Assembly (NCBI GenBank): GCA_038058635.1
Contig: JBBUAP010000001.1
Coordinates: forward strand, 384,771-448,770
Direction: 5' to 3'
Length of the DNA: 64,000 nucleotides
Source of the DNA: Patescibacteria group bacterium
GTDB lineage: Bacteria; Patescibacteriota; UBA1384; 2-12-FULL-50-11
Each line of letters starts with the position of its first letter. Within the stretch, counting starts at the first letter, position 1. This document shows, piece by piece, positions 34,969 through 44,560 of the stretch. Position numbers and translations under genes: made by a program. Below the pieces are notes generated by a model that was given only the letters and a program-made list of their open reading frames with translations, did not search any database and was not told the origin of the DNA.

Positions 34969-35039
34969 AGCGGGATACGAGAATCGAACTCGCGTATCTT
35001 GCTTGGGAAGCAAGCGCTCTACCATTGAGCTAATCCCGC
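34969..35039 (-). tRNA. tRNA-Gly (anticodon CCC)
   Basis: The reverse complement folds as GCGGGAT-TA-GCTC-AATGGTA-GAGC-G-CTTGC-TT-CCC-AA-GCAAG-ATAC-GCGAG-TTCGATT-CTCGT-ATCCCGC-T, with discriminator U73 as expected for Gly. Confidence 0.8.
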
Positions 35040-35291
35040 GCTGCAACTGCTACGGAGGGCGGGGGAAGGTTATTCGATTGTGGCTACGATGAAAGCCATA
35101 ATCGAACAATCACCCTCGATCAAATCCCGTCGGCTTGCCGAGGGGTGCCGAGGGGTGATTGATATTCTGCCATTGAACCACACCCGCAATTTGTAACCCT
35201 GTTACCTTACATGATTGTACCAGGCGGGTAAACTCACGGTGTAGTAGCGCGCTTTCTCTTACCTTCATTTTGCGTTACGCTGAAAGTAATC

Positions 35292-36305
35292 ATGGAGGGG
35301 AAGAAAGTTGTTTGTTTTGAAGTCGAGCCGTGGGAGCAAGAATTTTTGAAAGACAAGCTTCAGCATAAGGTTGAGCTAGAATTCTTTAATCACCGCCTAA
35401 CCTACGATAATATGCATGAGGCGGCTCAAGCCAACTATATCGTTTCTTTTATATACTCTGATTTCTCACACCAAGTTTTAACCCATTTACGCAACCTCAA
35501 GGGTATCGCGACGATGTCGGTTGGGGTCGACCATATTGACCTTGAAGAAGCGGAAAATCGCAAAATCATCGTCAGCAATGTTCCGGCCTACGGCCCCAAT
35601 ACTGTGGCTGAACACACGATGGCACTGCTTTTAGCGATGTCGCGCAAGATCGTTGAATCGGTCGAGCGAACGCGTGATGGAGTTTACGAATATACCGGCC
35701 TTTCTGGCTGGGATCTTTCTGGCAAAACCCTGGCCGTCGTCGGTACCGGAAAAATCGGCGCCCATGTGGCCCAAATTGCTCACGGTCTAGATATGAAGCT
35801 GATCGGTTTTGACCCACACCCAAATGTTGAACTGACCGAAAAATTAGGTTTGGAGTATATGCCATTGAATGAAGTGCTGGGAAAAGCAGATGTCATTACC
35901 GTTCATGTGCCCTTAACCCCAGAGAATAAGCATATGTTATCTACCGAGCAATTTAAGTTAATGAAAAAAGGTGTGGTTATTCTCAATACCGCTCGCGGCG
36001 GCTTAATCGACGCCAGCGCCTTGCTGACCGCCCTGGACGACGGTACAGTTGCCCAAGCCGGAATCGATGTCTTGGAAGATGAGGGCCTTCTCAAGGAGGA
36101 GAAACAGTTCTTCTCGCCGTATTTCAAGCTCAACGACTACCAAATGGCGATGGCTGATCACGCCTTAATGCGTCATCCAAAAGTTCTCTTAACACCGCAC
36201 AACGCCTTTAACAGCAAGGAGTCGATGCGAAATATTTTGAATACGACCGTCGATAACGTTGAAGGAATGGTCTCGGGCGATCCGGTCAATGTAGTCGAGG
36301 AGTAA
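35292..36305 (+). CDS. D-isomer-specific 2-hydroxyacid dehydrogenase (D-lactate dehydrogenase-like)
   Basis: NAD-binding GTGKIGAHVAQIAHGLDMKLIGFD and the catalytic R/E/H triad region (ILNTARGGLID...LTPHNA). Confidence 0.8.
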   Translation: MEGKKVVCFEVEPWEQEFLKDKLQHKVELEFFNHRLTYDNMHEAAQANYIVSFIYSDFSHQVLTHLRNLKGIATMSVGVDHIDLEEAENRKIIVSNVPAYGPNTVAEHTMALLLAMSRKIVESVERTRDGVYEYTGLSGWDLSGKTLAVVGTGKIGAHVAQIAHGLDMKLIGFDPHPNVELTEKLGLEYMPLNEVLGKADVITVHVPLTPENKHMLSTEQFKLMKKGVVILNTARGGLIDASALLTALDDGTVAQAGIDVLEDEGLLKEEKQFFSPYFKLNDYQMAMADHALMRHPKVLLTPHNAFNSKESMRNILNTTVDNVEGMVSGDPVNVVEE

Positions 36306-36315
36306 GAAGGCTAGG

Positions 36316-36741
36316 ATGCTATTTCTTGCCGCCGACCACGCTGGTTTCGACCTCAAAGAAAAAATTCGTCACAAGCTAGCCGAAAGAAAGATTACCTTTG
36401 AGGATTTTGGGACATTTTCTCGAGACCCCGTCGATTACCCCGGACTAGCCAAACAGCTGACAAAAGCAGTGCTGAAACACGACGGTAAGGGGATAATGAT
36501 TTGTGGGTCCGGCCAAGGGATGGCAATGGTCGCTAATCGTGTTCGAGGTGCTCGGGCCGCTGTTGTTTGGAGCTCAAGAATGGCAATCGAGACTCGTGAG
36601 GATAACGACGCCAATATTCTTTCGTTGCCAGCGCGTTTTATAGACGAAACAACTGCCTGGGAAATTGTCTCGACCTTTTTGTCGACAAGTTTTAGCCATG
36701 GCGATCGTCATAAAAGACGAATCAAGCAGATCGATTCATGA
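36316..36741 (+). CDS. rpiB: ribose-5-phosphate isomerase B
   Basis: RpiB/LacAB fold motifs (LFLAADHAGFDLKEKI, GIMICGSGQGMAMVANRVRGARAA). Confidence 0.85.
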   Translation: MLFLAADHAGFDLKEKIRHKLAERKITFEDFGTFSRDPVDYPGLAKQLTKAVLKHDGKGIMICGSGQGMAMVANRVRGARAAVVWSSRMAIETREDNDANILSLPARFIDETTAWEIVSTFLSTSFSHGDRHKRRIKQIDS

Positions 36742-37385
36742 AATCTAAAAATTTCATCATCCCAGCCTGTTTGGTGACAAATAAGGAAGAGTTCACCAAG
36801 CGACTCAAATTTGCCCGCAAAGTCGGCAACTCCTTTCACATTGACGTTATTGACCATAATTTCGTTTCTGGCGAAGCCATGCCTGTCGATAAATGGCCGG
36901 TCATAGACATTGAATACGCCGAAGCCCACTTGATGGTCAAAAACCCGCTGGCGTTATTAGCCCCGCTAAAAAGTCGAGGGATAATTCGGGCGATTGTTCA
37001 TGTCGAGTCGGAATTTGATTTAGAAGAGTTGGCCACCGAAGCGCGGGTGAACGATATATTGCTCGGGTTTGCGGTCAATCCCGAAACCGATCTCACTTCG
37101 CTCCGAAAGTTTTTTGCCGTTAGCCAATACATCCAGGTTATGGGCGTGACACCCGGACATGTCGGCCAACCGCAACAACCGCATACCGCCTTGGCAGTTT
37201 CATATCTACATAAACAACCTTATCGCTTAACAATTACGGCTGATGGTGGGGTCAATGCAGACAACGTCCGCGCCTTACGCACTGCCGGTGCCGATAACGC
37301 CATCTGCTCCGCCGCGCTATATTCCGAGGGTGATTGGCAGGAAAATTACCAAGAACTTCTAGGGAAGGCCGAAAATGTCGACTAA
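36738..37385 (+). CDS. rpe: ribulose-phosphate 3-epimerase-like TIM-barrel protein
   Basis: HIDVIDHNFV, AHLMVKNP, GFAVNPETDL and VMGVTPGHVGQ parallel the Rpe metal-binding and phosphate-binding motifs. Confidence 0.6.
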   Translation: MKSKNFIIPACLVTNKEEFTKRLKFARKVGNSFHIDVIDHNFVSGEAMPVDKWPVIDIEYAEAHLMVKNPLALLAPLKSRGIIRAIVHVESEFDLEELATEARVNDILLGFAVNPETDLTSLRKFFAVSQYIQVMGVTPGHVGQPQQPHTALAVSYLHKQPYRLTITADGGVNADNVRALRTAGADNAICSAALYSEGDWQENYQELLGKAENVD

Positions 37386-38217
37386 ACAACTAGAGCTGAA
37401 AGCTAACGAGATCCGCCAAGCGATTATCAAGATGTTGCTTGAGGCTGGGTCAGGCCACTCTGCCGGGCCGCTTGGAATGGCTGATATTTTTACCGCCCTA
37501 TATTTTGAAGTATTAAATATCGATCCAAAAAAACCAGACTGGCCCGATCGCGATCGGTTAGTTCTCTCCTGCGGCCACATCTGCCCGGTGCTTTATACAA
37601 CCTTAGCTCATCGCGGCTATTTTCCGGTCGAAGAACTGATGACATTACGCAAATTCGGCACGCGACTTCATGGCCATCCCCACAATCTCGCCCTGCCCGG
37701 AATCGAGAACTCATCTGGTCCGCTGGGCCAAGGATTAAGCCAGGCTTGCGGTATGGCGCTGGCCGCCAAACTTGATAAGAAAAAGTGGCGAACATATGCT
37801 GTTTTATCTGATGGCGAGCATGATGAAGGTCAACTCTGGGAAGCAGTAATGTTTGCCGGCAAAAACGAACTCCATAATTTAACGGCTGTGATTGATCGTA
37901 ATAATATTCAGATCGACGGTTTTACCGAAGATGTCATGCCGCTCGAGCCACTAGCCGACAAATACCGCGCCTTCAACTGGCATGTCTTAGAAATCGACGG
38001 TCATAACTTTGAAGATATCATCGGGGCGTTTCGTCACGCCAAGGCCGTTTTTGAAAAACCAACAGTCATCATTGCCCACACCATTCCAGGCAAAGGCGTC
38101 GATTTTATGGAAAACGATTACCACTGGCACGGCAAAGTGCCAAAATCCGACGAAGCCAAACTGGCTTTAAAAGAATTGCGAACGTTGCGAGGCAAGATTG
38201 TGAGCGAGCACGAATGA
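37375..38217 (+). CDS. tktA-N: transketolase, N-terminal (TPP pyrophosphate-binding) subunit
   Basis: SGHSAGPLGMADIF, GHP..PG.E..TGPLGQGL, and the GDG-type TPP motif (LSDGEHDEGQLWEA). Confidence 0.85.
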   Translation: MSTKQLELKANEIRQAIIKMLLEAGSGHSAGPLGMADIFTALYFEVLNIDPKKPDWPDRDRLVLSCGHICPVLYTTLAHRGYFPVEELMTLRKFGTRLHGHPHNLALPGIENSSGPLGQGLSQACGMALAAKLDKKKWRTYAVLSDGEHDEGQLWEAVMFAGKNELHNLTAVIDRNNIQIDGFTEDVMPLEPLADKYRAFNWHVLEIDGHNFEDIIGAFRHAKAVFEKPTVIIAHTIPGKGVDFMENDYHWHGKVPKSDEAKLALKELRTLRGKIVSEHE

Positions 38218-39188
38218 AATACTTAGTTCCGCTACATCACGAGAAGTTTGAGGAAATACCGCCGCGGGACGGTTTTGGGCAGGGACTGCTGGAGCTGGGA
38301 AAAAACAATCCAGACATTGTTGCCCTTTGTGGCGATTTAGTTGAAAGCATCCGAGTTCAGTCGTTCGCCGAGGCCTATCCAGAACGATACTTCGAAATGG
38401 GCGTGGCCGAGCAGAATATGGCTGGTGTGGCAGCCGGGTTGGCATTGTCGGGCAAAATCCCGTTCATATCCTCTTACGCTGTCTTCAACCCCGGTCGCGA
38501 CTGGGACCAAATCCGCGTCTCGATTTGTTATTCGCAGGCCAACGTTAAGATTGTCGGAGCCCATGCTGGCATTTCGGTCGGACCGGATGGAGCAACGCAC
38601 CAGGCGCTCGAAGACATTGCTATTACCAGAGTTTTGCCGAACATGACCGTTGTCGTCCCCACCGATTCCGTCGAAGCTAAAAAAGCTACACTAGCGATCG
38701 CCAAACATGTTGGCCCAAGTTATATTCGTTTTGGTCGTGAAAAAACCCCAGTTATCACTAAAGACGAGACACCATTTGAGCTGGGTAGGGCCTTACCGAT
38801 CCTGGCGGGAAGTGATGTGACGATTATCGCTAACGGCCAAATGGTTTATCGAGCGATAATGGCCGCCAAAGAACTCGAAGGCAAGTTATCGGTGGGGGTT
38901 TTGAATATGCACACCGTTAAACCAATTGACGCCAAGGCAATAATTGACGCCGCTAAAGAGACTGGGGCGATAGTTACCGCCGAAGAACATCAGATCATCG
39001 GTGGGCTGGGCTCAGCGGTGGCCGAAGTATTAGGCGACCATCACCCCGTGCCTTTAGAGCGGGTTGGGATAATGGACACCTTCGGTGAATCCGGCCAACC
39101 TGAAGAATTGATGGAACATTATCATCTTGGTATTAGCGACATTGTGCATGCCGTCGAGCGAGTTATAAGGAGAAAAAATGCTAGTTAA
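38214..39188 (+). CDS. tktA-C: transketolase, C-terminal (pyrimidine-binding) subunit
   Basis: Pyr domain (EMGVAEQNMAGVAAGLALSGKIPF) plus the transketolase C-terminal domain. 4-nt overlap with the N-terminal subunit gene. Confidence 0.85.
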   Translation: MKYLVPLHHEKFEEIPPRDGFGQGLLELGKNNPDIVALCGDLVESIRVQSFAEAYPERYFEMGVAEQNMAGVAAGLALSGKIPFISSYAVFNPGRDWDQIRVSICYSQANVKIVGAHAGISVGPDGATHQALEDIAITRVLPNMTVVVPTDSVEAKKATLAIAKHVGPSYIRFGREKTPVITKDETPFELGRALPILAGSDVTIIANGQMVYRAIMAAKELEGKLSVGVLNMHTVKPIDAKAIIDAAKETGAIVTAEEHQIIGGLGSAVAEVLGDHHPVPLERVGIMDTFGESGQPEELMEHYHLGISDIVHAVERVIRRKNAS

Positions 39189-40020
39189 TATGAGCGGTAT
39201 GCTCGCTAAAGCCGACCGAGAAAGATACGCCATCGGCGGTTACAATATGACAACGCTTGAGTCGGCAATGGCGATTGTCGAAGCAGGTGAAAAAGAAAAG
39301 TCGCCCATAATCTTGCAAATCAGCGAAAAATCGATCGATTATATGGGATTAGATTTAGCTTTTGCGATTGCCAAGACCCTGGCTGACGGCGCCGACATTC
39401 CGGTCGCTATTCATTTTGATCATGGCCGTAATTTTGAATTAGTCCAGAAAGCCGCTGACATCGGCTTCAGCTCGGTCATGCTGGATGTCTCGAAAATGGA
39501 GAAGAACGAGAGGATTAAGTTTGTCAAAGACTTTACTACCCGAGCCCATCGACGAAAAATCACTGTCGAAGCTGAAGAAGATCAAATCGGTGGCCGGGAA
39601 GACTATGTTGACGGCAACCGCGGTCATTTCACTGATCCCAAACGAGCGGCCCAATTCGTTGAAGAAACCGATGTCGACTGCTTCGCCGTTTCGATCGGCT
39701 CCACCCACGGTAAACCGCTCCCGAACGAGGAATTAGATTTGGATTTATTAAAAGAAATAGACAAGGCAGTCGATGTGCCGTTGGTTTTGCACGGCGCTTC
39801 CAGTACCGACGAGAAAGTACTTCGCGAGGCGATTAGTTTAGGAATTTGTAAAATTAATATCGATACCGACCTGCGCCTGGCTTTTACTCGCGAACTACGC
39901 CGAACTTTAAAGGATCCGGATATCTACGACCCCCGCGAAGAGCTTGCCCCCTCGCGCGACGAAATCCGTGACGAAGTCATCAAACACATCCGCCTCTTTG
40001 GCAGTAACAATAAAGCTTGA
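39178..40020 (+). CDS. fba: class II fructose-bisphosphate aldolase
   Basis: GGYNMTTLE, HFDHG zinc ligands, LHGASS. Confidence 0.85.
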   Translation: MLVNMSGMLAKADRERYAIGGYNMTTLESAMAIVEAGEKEKSPIILQISEKSIDYMGLDLAFAIAKTLADGADIPVAIHFDHGRNFELVQKAADIGFSSVMLDVSKMEKNERIKFVKDFTTRAHRRKITVEAEEDQIGGREDYVDGNRGHFTDPKRAAQFVEETDVDCFAVSIGSTHGKPLPNEELDLDLLKEIDKAVDVPLVLHGASSTDEKVLREAISLGICKINIDTDLRLAFTRELRRTLKDPDIYDPREELAPSRDEIRDEVIKHIRLFGSNNKA

Positions 40021-40145
40021 TTTTTACAATCGCCAACCATATTACACCTCGGAGGTGTCTACAGGTTTAGGCATGTAAATTAAGGGTGTGGGAAAGCCCC
40101 CGTCGCTTTCTGCCGTTTGGCAGTGCGCTAGGGGGCTCGAGGGTA

Positions 40146-40490
40146 CTACTGGCTGTTCTGAAGGTACTCCGGCCAGCACTCGTCGATGAACCAGGCAAAA
40201 CCCTTTCGATGGGTTAATTTCTGGGCTCCGCCCACTTCGCCCAGTCCATCGAAGATGCGGAAAACCACGAAGCCCCTATAGACGACGAGTTCGCTCACGA
40301 GCGGACACATGTCAAGCTTGGGATCGAACTTCCCCAGAAGCCAAGCAGTGCCAATGGCTCGATTATTCGGCTTGTCGGGCGAATTACTGTCGCCAGTAAT
40401 CGTGAGCGTCAGCCGCCCCCTTTCGGGAGCGCCATAGACGTCTCGCATCGCATGCAGTGCCTCAAGAACCAATTCACCTTTATTTTTCAC
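40146..40490 (-). CDS. hypothetical protein
   Basis: 114-aa ORF with no recognised motifs. A structured bidirectional terminator region lies at 40085-40140. Confidence 0.4.
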   Translation of the reverse strand: MKNKGELVLEALHAMRDVYGAPERGRLTLTITGDSNSPDKPNNRAIGTAWLLGKFDPKLDMCPLVSELVVYRGFVVFRIFDGLGEVGGAQKLTHRKGFAWFIDECWPEYLQNSQ

Positions 40491-40657
40491 TTCGTCCTCC
40501 TGCGCGTTCAGATTGATTTATCGAACCCAAACGTTATGTCGAGAGTGTACCGCTTTACCCCTAGAAAATCAAGGGTTTTGGGGGTGGTTTTCTGTTTCAA
40601 CCCTCTTTGGCTTGAAGCCAGTTGCTAGGAGTTGTTTTTACCGATACGGTAAAAACA

Positions 40658-41659
40658 ATGAACATAGCAATTAATGGTTTTGGACGGATCGGACGAACAG
40701 CGGCGAAAATTTTATTAGAAAAGAAAGACGCGAAACTTGTGGCGGTCAACGACCTGACCGATGACGCCACACTGGCCCATCTATTTAAATACGACTCCAA
40801 CTACGGTACTTGGTCGGGTGAAATTTCCGCCGATCCTGATGGCGAGCACTTAATTTTCAACGGCGAAAAAGTTCCCAGTTTTGCCGAGAAAGATCCGACT
40901 AAACTACCTTGGAAAGATCTAGGCGTCGATGTAGTGCTGGAATGCACCGGGTTTTTTACCGAAAAAGAAACGGCGATGGGCCATATTACCGCCGGGGCCA
41001 AGCGGGTAATTATCTCCGCGCCACCAAAGGGTTCGATGGCCACTCATATAATTTCCGTCAACGAAGGCGATATAAAAAGCGACGACCCAGTTATCTCCAA
41101 CGCTTCTTGCACCACCAACTGCATTACGCCGGTGGTGGCCGTTATTAACCGCGAGTTTGGAGTTTTGAAGGCGATGATGACAACTATTCACTCCTACACC
41201 GCCGATCAGAACCTACAAGATGGGCCACACAAAGATTTGCGTCGGGCTCGGGCGGCGGCCGAGAACATCGTCCCAACTACAACCGGCGCCGCTCTCTCCA
41301 CCACTGAAGTTATTCCCGAACTGAAGGGTCTATTTGATGGTTTGGCGATTCGAGTTCCCACTCCCGTTGGTTCGCTTTCCGACATCACTTTCATAGTCAA
41401 AAAGAAAACCACCGTCGAGGAAGTAAACGAAGCCTTAACGCATGCCAGCGAGGAGCCGCGCTTCAAAGGGATAATGGAAGTGACCAACCAACCGCTCGTT
41501 TCCAGCGACATCGTCGGCAATCCGGCATCAGCAATTGTCGATCTAGAGCTGACCAAGGTCGTCGATGGCGACATGGTCAAAGTCGTCGCCTGGTACGATA
41601 ACGAATACGGCTACTCTTGTCGCTTGGTTGAACTCGCCATTCTAGCTGGGAAGCAATGA
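40658..41659 (+). CDS. gap: glyceraldehyde-3-phosphate dehydrogenase
   Basis: NGFGRIGR Rossmann motif and catalytic ASCTTNC. Start at MNIAINGF (40658). Confidence 0.9.
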   Translation: MNIAINGFGRIGRTAAKILLEKKDAKLVAVNDLTDDATLAHLFKYDSNYGTWSGEISADPDGEHLIFNGEKVPSFAEKDPTKLPWKDLGVDVVLECTGFFTEKETAMGHITAGAKRVIISAPPKGSMATHIISVNEGDIKSDDPVISNASCTTNCITPVVAVINREFGVLKAMMTTIHSYTADQNLQDGPHKDLRRARAAAENIVPTTTGAALSTTEVIPELKGLFDGLAIRVPTPVGSLSDITFIVKKKTTVEEVNEALTHASEEPRFKGIMEVTNQPLVSSDIVGNPASAIVDLELTKVVDGDMVKVVAWYDNEYGYSCRLVELAILAGKQ

Positions 41660-42351
41660 AGGAGACTACGTATAAGGGGGCGACGATTACGGCCATGAGT
41701 CATGATGGTTTTCGGGTCGATGTTGCCGTGCCAACGGTCAGCTTTGCGTTTGATCCGTACGATCTTCACGGGGAACCAGAACCAGTTGACTTCATTTTTG
41801 TGTCACACCCGCATTTTGACCACTGCGATATTTCGTCTATCCGTAAACTGCTTGGTCCAAAATCAAGGGTTGTTGCGCCGAACTGTTGTAAGGGCGAGCT
41901 TGGCGAATTTGGCGAGCAAGTCGATTACTATTCTGGGGACGATAAAGTTACGGCCGGCAAATTAACTTACTGGGCGATTCCGGCCTATAATGTCGATAAA
42001 TTCCGTACCCCTAACGAAGTCTTTCATCCAAAAGAGCTGGGTGGTGTTGGTTTCGTTGTCGAAATCCCTATACAAGGATCGAAGAATCTTCGCTTTTATC
42101 ACGCCGGCGATACCGATCTAGTACCTGAAATGGAAGCGGTTAAGAAAATCGATGTTGCGTTTCTGCCAATCTCCGGGACGTTTGTAATGACTTTGGATGA
42201 AGCTATTAAGGCAACACAGCTGATCGAACCCGACCTTGCCATTCCGATGCACTACGGGAAAATCCTAGGGTCAGTGGCGGAAGCCAACCGTTTCCAAAAC
42301 TTGCTTCATGACAAAACCCAAGTTGCCGTGCTGTCGACTGACAGTATATAG
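41656..42351 (+). CDS. MBL-fold metallo-hydrolase
   Basis: HxHxDH motif (VSHPHFDHCD) and a downstream His/Asp ligand pattern. Confidence 0.75.
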   Translation: MKETTYKGATITAMSHDGFRVDVAVPTVSFAFDPYDLHGEPEPVDFIFVSHPHFDHCDISSIRKLLGPKSRVVAPNCCKGELGEFGEQVDYYSGDDKVTAGKLTYWAIPAYNVDKFRTPNEVFHPKELGGVGFVVEIPIQGSKNLRFYHAGDTDLVPEMEAVKKIDVAFLPISGTFVMTLDEAIKATQLIEPDLAIPMHYGKILGSVAEANRFQNLLHDKTQVAVLSTDSI

Positions 42352-42363
42352 GGGGTAAATAAT

Positions 42364-42390
42364 GCCCCTCCTGGGTGGAGGGGCCTTTGG
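42364..42390. terminator. hairpin terminator between convergent MBL and PRTase genes
   Basis: GCCCCTCC-tgggt-GGAGGGGC followed by CTTTGG. Read directly. Confidence 0.5.
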
Positions 42391-42408
42391 ATCGAACAGG
42401 GTTGTCGC

Positions 42409-43080
42409 TCAGAACTTGTCTGGCAGGTGAATACCATATTCATTGCTGAGAGCCGTGCCGTGGTCGCAGAGGGGACAAGGACCTTCGGCCCAGCTTTGCA
42501 GGTTGGCGCGGTCCAACGTAAGAAGGAACGGAACGTGACCAAAGTCGCTTGGACTGGTCAGCGTCCGTCGAAACCAAGCTACAGCGCCAACCACCTCGCC
42601 ACCTTGTAGGCGAACTTCGTTAGCGACTTCCCTGATCGTTGTCCCGGTGGTGATCACCACACTGGTAACAACCACGCGTTTTCCCTCGAGAGCTTTCGAG
42701 AAACTCGGTCGAAACTTGAGTCCGTCGTGGTCGGTCTCTTCGGCGAAGTAGCACTTGGTAGGTTGTTTGGACTGCTTGCTCCATTGAAGGGCAAGCTGGG
42801 AGGCAATCACCAATCCACCGTTAGCGCGGCCAACGACCGCGTCGACGTTCTCGCACAGCAACCCAAGGCGAGTCGACAAGGGTTGGCAAAGACTCTCCAC
42901 TACTGTCGGGTCGGCGATCATAGAGTCCTTGCATACCCAGGTTTCGCTGTGATAACCTCTCCCGATGTTGAAGTGTCCTCCGCTAATGAGGAACTTACCC
43001 TCGCGAATTAGTTGGTTGATTTCTTGATTACCGACTGAAAGGTGCACCGTGGCGGCGGGCGCCGGATTAGAAATAGACAC
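42409..43080 (-). CDS. type I phosphoribosyltransferase (orotate PRTase-like)
   Basis: PRPP-binding motif KRVVVTSVVITTGTTI and a PyrE-like N-terminal region (FLISGGHFNIGRGYHS). Confidence 0.65.
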   Translation of the reverse strand: MSISNPAPAATVHLSVGNQEINQLIREGKFLISGGHFNIGRGYHSETWVCKDSMIADPTVVESLCQPLSTRLGLLCENVDAVVGRANGGLVIASQLALQWSKQSKQPTKCYFAEETDHDGLKFRPSFSKALEGKRVVVTSVVITTGTTIREVANEVRLQGGEVVGAVAWFRRTLTSPSDFGHVPFLLTLDRANLQSWAEGPCPLCDHGTALSNEYGIHLPDKF

Positions 43081-43181
43081 GATATTCCTCCTACTCTCCT
43101 GCAGATAAAGACAATTGTATGTTCTTTACAGCGAAAGTCAAACAACCGTGGCTATATCTAGAGCGGTTTCTCTGGTAGAAT

Positions 43182-44309
43182 TTGCTTGAAATGAGACGAA
43201 TTTATGCTGACCATGCTGCCGCTACTCCGACCGATCCACGCGTTGTCGAGGCGATGGCGCCGTATCAGACGGAAACCTTTGGTAATCCATCGAGCATTCA
43301 TAGTTTTGGGCGCACGGCCCACGACGCAATTACTGAATCGACCCAACGAATCTCTGATTTTTTAAACTCCAAGCCTGAGGATATCTTTTACACCAGCGGT
43401 GGGACAGAGAGTAATAATCTAGCCATCATTGGTGTGGCCAAAGCCAACAAGAACAAGGGTCAGCACATAATTACGACCGCCATCGAACATCCCAGTGTCT
43501 TAAACGCTTGTCGAGCGCTGGCCAAAGACGGCTGGAAGGTAACTTACTTGCCGGTGACAACAGCTGGTTTAGTGGAAGCAGGCACACTTAAAAAAGCCCT
43601 GACCAATGAAACCGTTCTGGTTTCAATACACTTAGCCAATTCGGAGATTGGAGTCATTCAAAATATTGCCGAGCTAGCCAAAATTGCCAAAGCTCATGGG
43701 GCGTATTTTCACACCGACGCCTGCCAAGCGGCGACATTTTTGGAATTAGATGTCGATAAGCTTGGAGTCGATCTGCTAAGCTTCAACGGCTCTAAAATGT
43801 ACGGGCCGAAAGGTGTCGGCGCGCTTTACGTTCGTGAGGGAGTGCAGATCTTCCCGATTTTATACGGCGGCGGTCAGCAGAACTCACTCCGCAGCGGTAC
43901 AGAAAACGTGCCGGGAATCGTGGGGTTAGCGACAGCGTGCGACATCGTCCATCAGCAGCGCACAGCAGACAGTAAGCGGATCGGCCAATTGCGTGACGAT
44001 CTTCAGAGCCAGCTAGAAAAGTTGGTTGGTGTCAAAATCAACTGTGCCACTTCAACGCGATTGCCCAATCATCTTTCGATTACATTAGAGCAAGCTAAGG
44101 CAACAAATTTAGTTGAGGCGTTTGACCGGCATGGCATCGCTGTTTCTTCTGGCTCGGCCTGTAGCTCTAGCTCGATCGTCGACTCCCAGGTCTTGCAGGC
44201 AATCGGGCTAACCAGCGAGCAGATTCACAAAACCATTCGGATCAGTTTGGGGAGACAAACAGACAGTAGCGATTTTGAGTGTATTACTAAAACGACGAAG
44301 TTAATATGA
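43182..44309 (+). CDS. cysteine desulfurase (class V aminotransferase, IscS/NifS family)
   Basis: PLP-lysine region SFNGSKMYGPKGVGALY and catalytic SSGSACSS loop. Confidence 0.85.
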   Translation: MLEMRRIYADHAAATPTDPRVVEAMAPYQTETFGNPSSIHSFGRTAHDAITESTQRISDFLNSKPEDIFYTSGGTESNNLAIIGVAKANKNKGQHIITTAIEHPSVLNACRALAKDGWKVTYLPVTTAGLVEAGTLKKALTNETVLVSIHLANSEIGVIQNIAELAKIAKAHGAYFHTDACQAATFLELDVDKLGVDLLSFNGSKMYGPKGVGALYVREGVQIFPILYGGGQQNSLRSGTENVPGIVGLATACDIVHQQRTADSKRIGQLRDDLQSQLEKLVGVKINCATSTRLPNHLSITLEQAKATNLVEAFDRHGIAVSSGSACSSSSIVDSQVLQAIGLTSEQIHKTIRISLGRQTDSSDFECITKTTKLI

Positions 44310-44350
44310 AATCCCCACGGCCGGATGGGCGCGGGGACAGGGGTTGGGCA

Positions 44351-44491
44351 TCACTCATTTCTGCCCCAGGGATCTTCGGGTCGTTCGCCCCAAACCAATC
44401 GAGTGAGCCAACTCACCACCCAAACGGCGACAGTTACGAGCAGCGTCAGTCCGACCCAGAATAGATGAGAGGCCTTTTCACTAACATTCAT
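44351..44491 (-). CDS. hypothetical 46-aa single-TM micro-protein
   Basis: GGGAGGA SD 4 nt upstream of the ATG at 44491. ORF reads MNVSEKASHLFWVGLTLLVTVAVWVVSWLTRLVWGERPEDPWGRNE. Below the ORF-track size cutoff. Translated by hand. Confidence 0.3.
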   Translation of the reverse strand: MNVSEKASHLFWVGLTLLVTVAVWVVSWLTRLVWGERPEDPWGRNE

Positions 44492-44560
44492 AGCTTCCTC
44501 CCTTGCGATGTAGCGAACAATATCTTAATAATATACTAAAGTCAACAATTGAGGAGGTAA

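Noticed and set aside
34756-35046. 96-aa minus-strand ORF
   Set aside because: It is composed of the tRNA-Gly gene plus the tRNA fragment read as protein.
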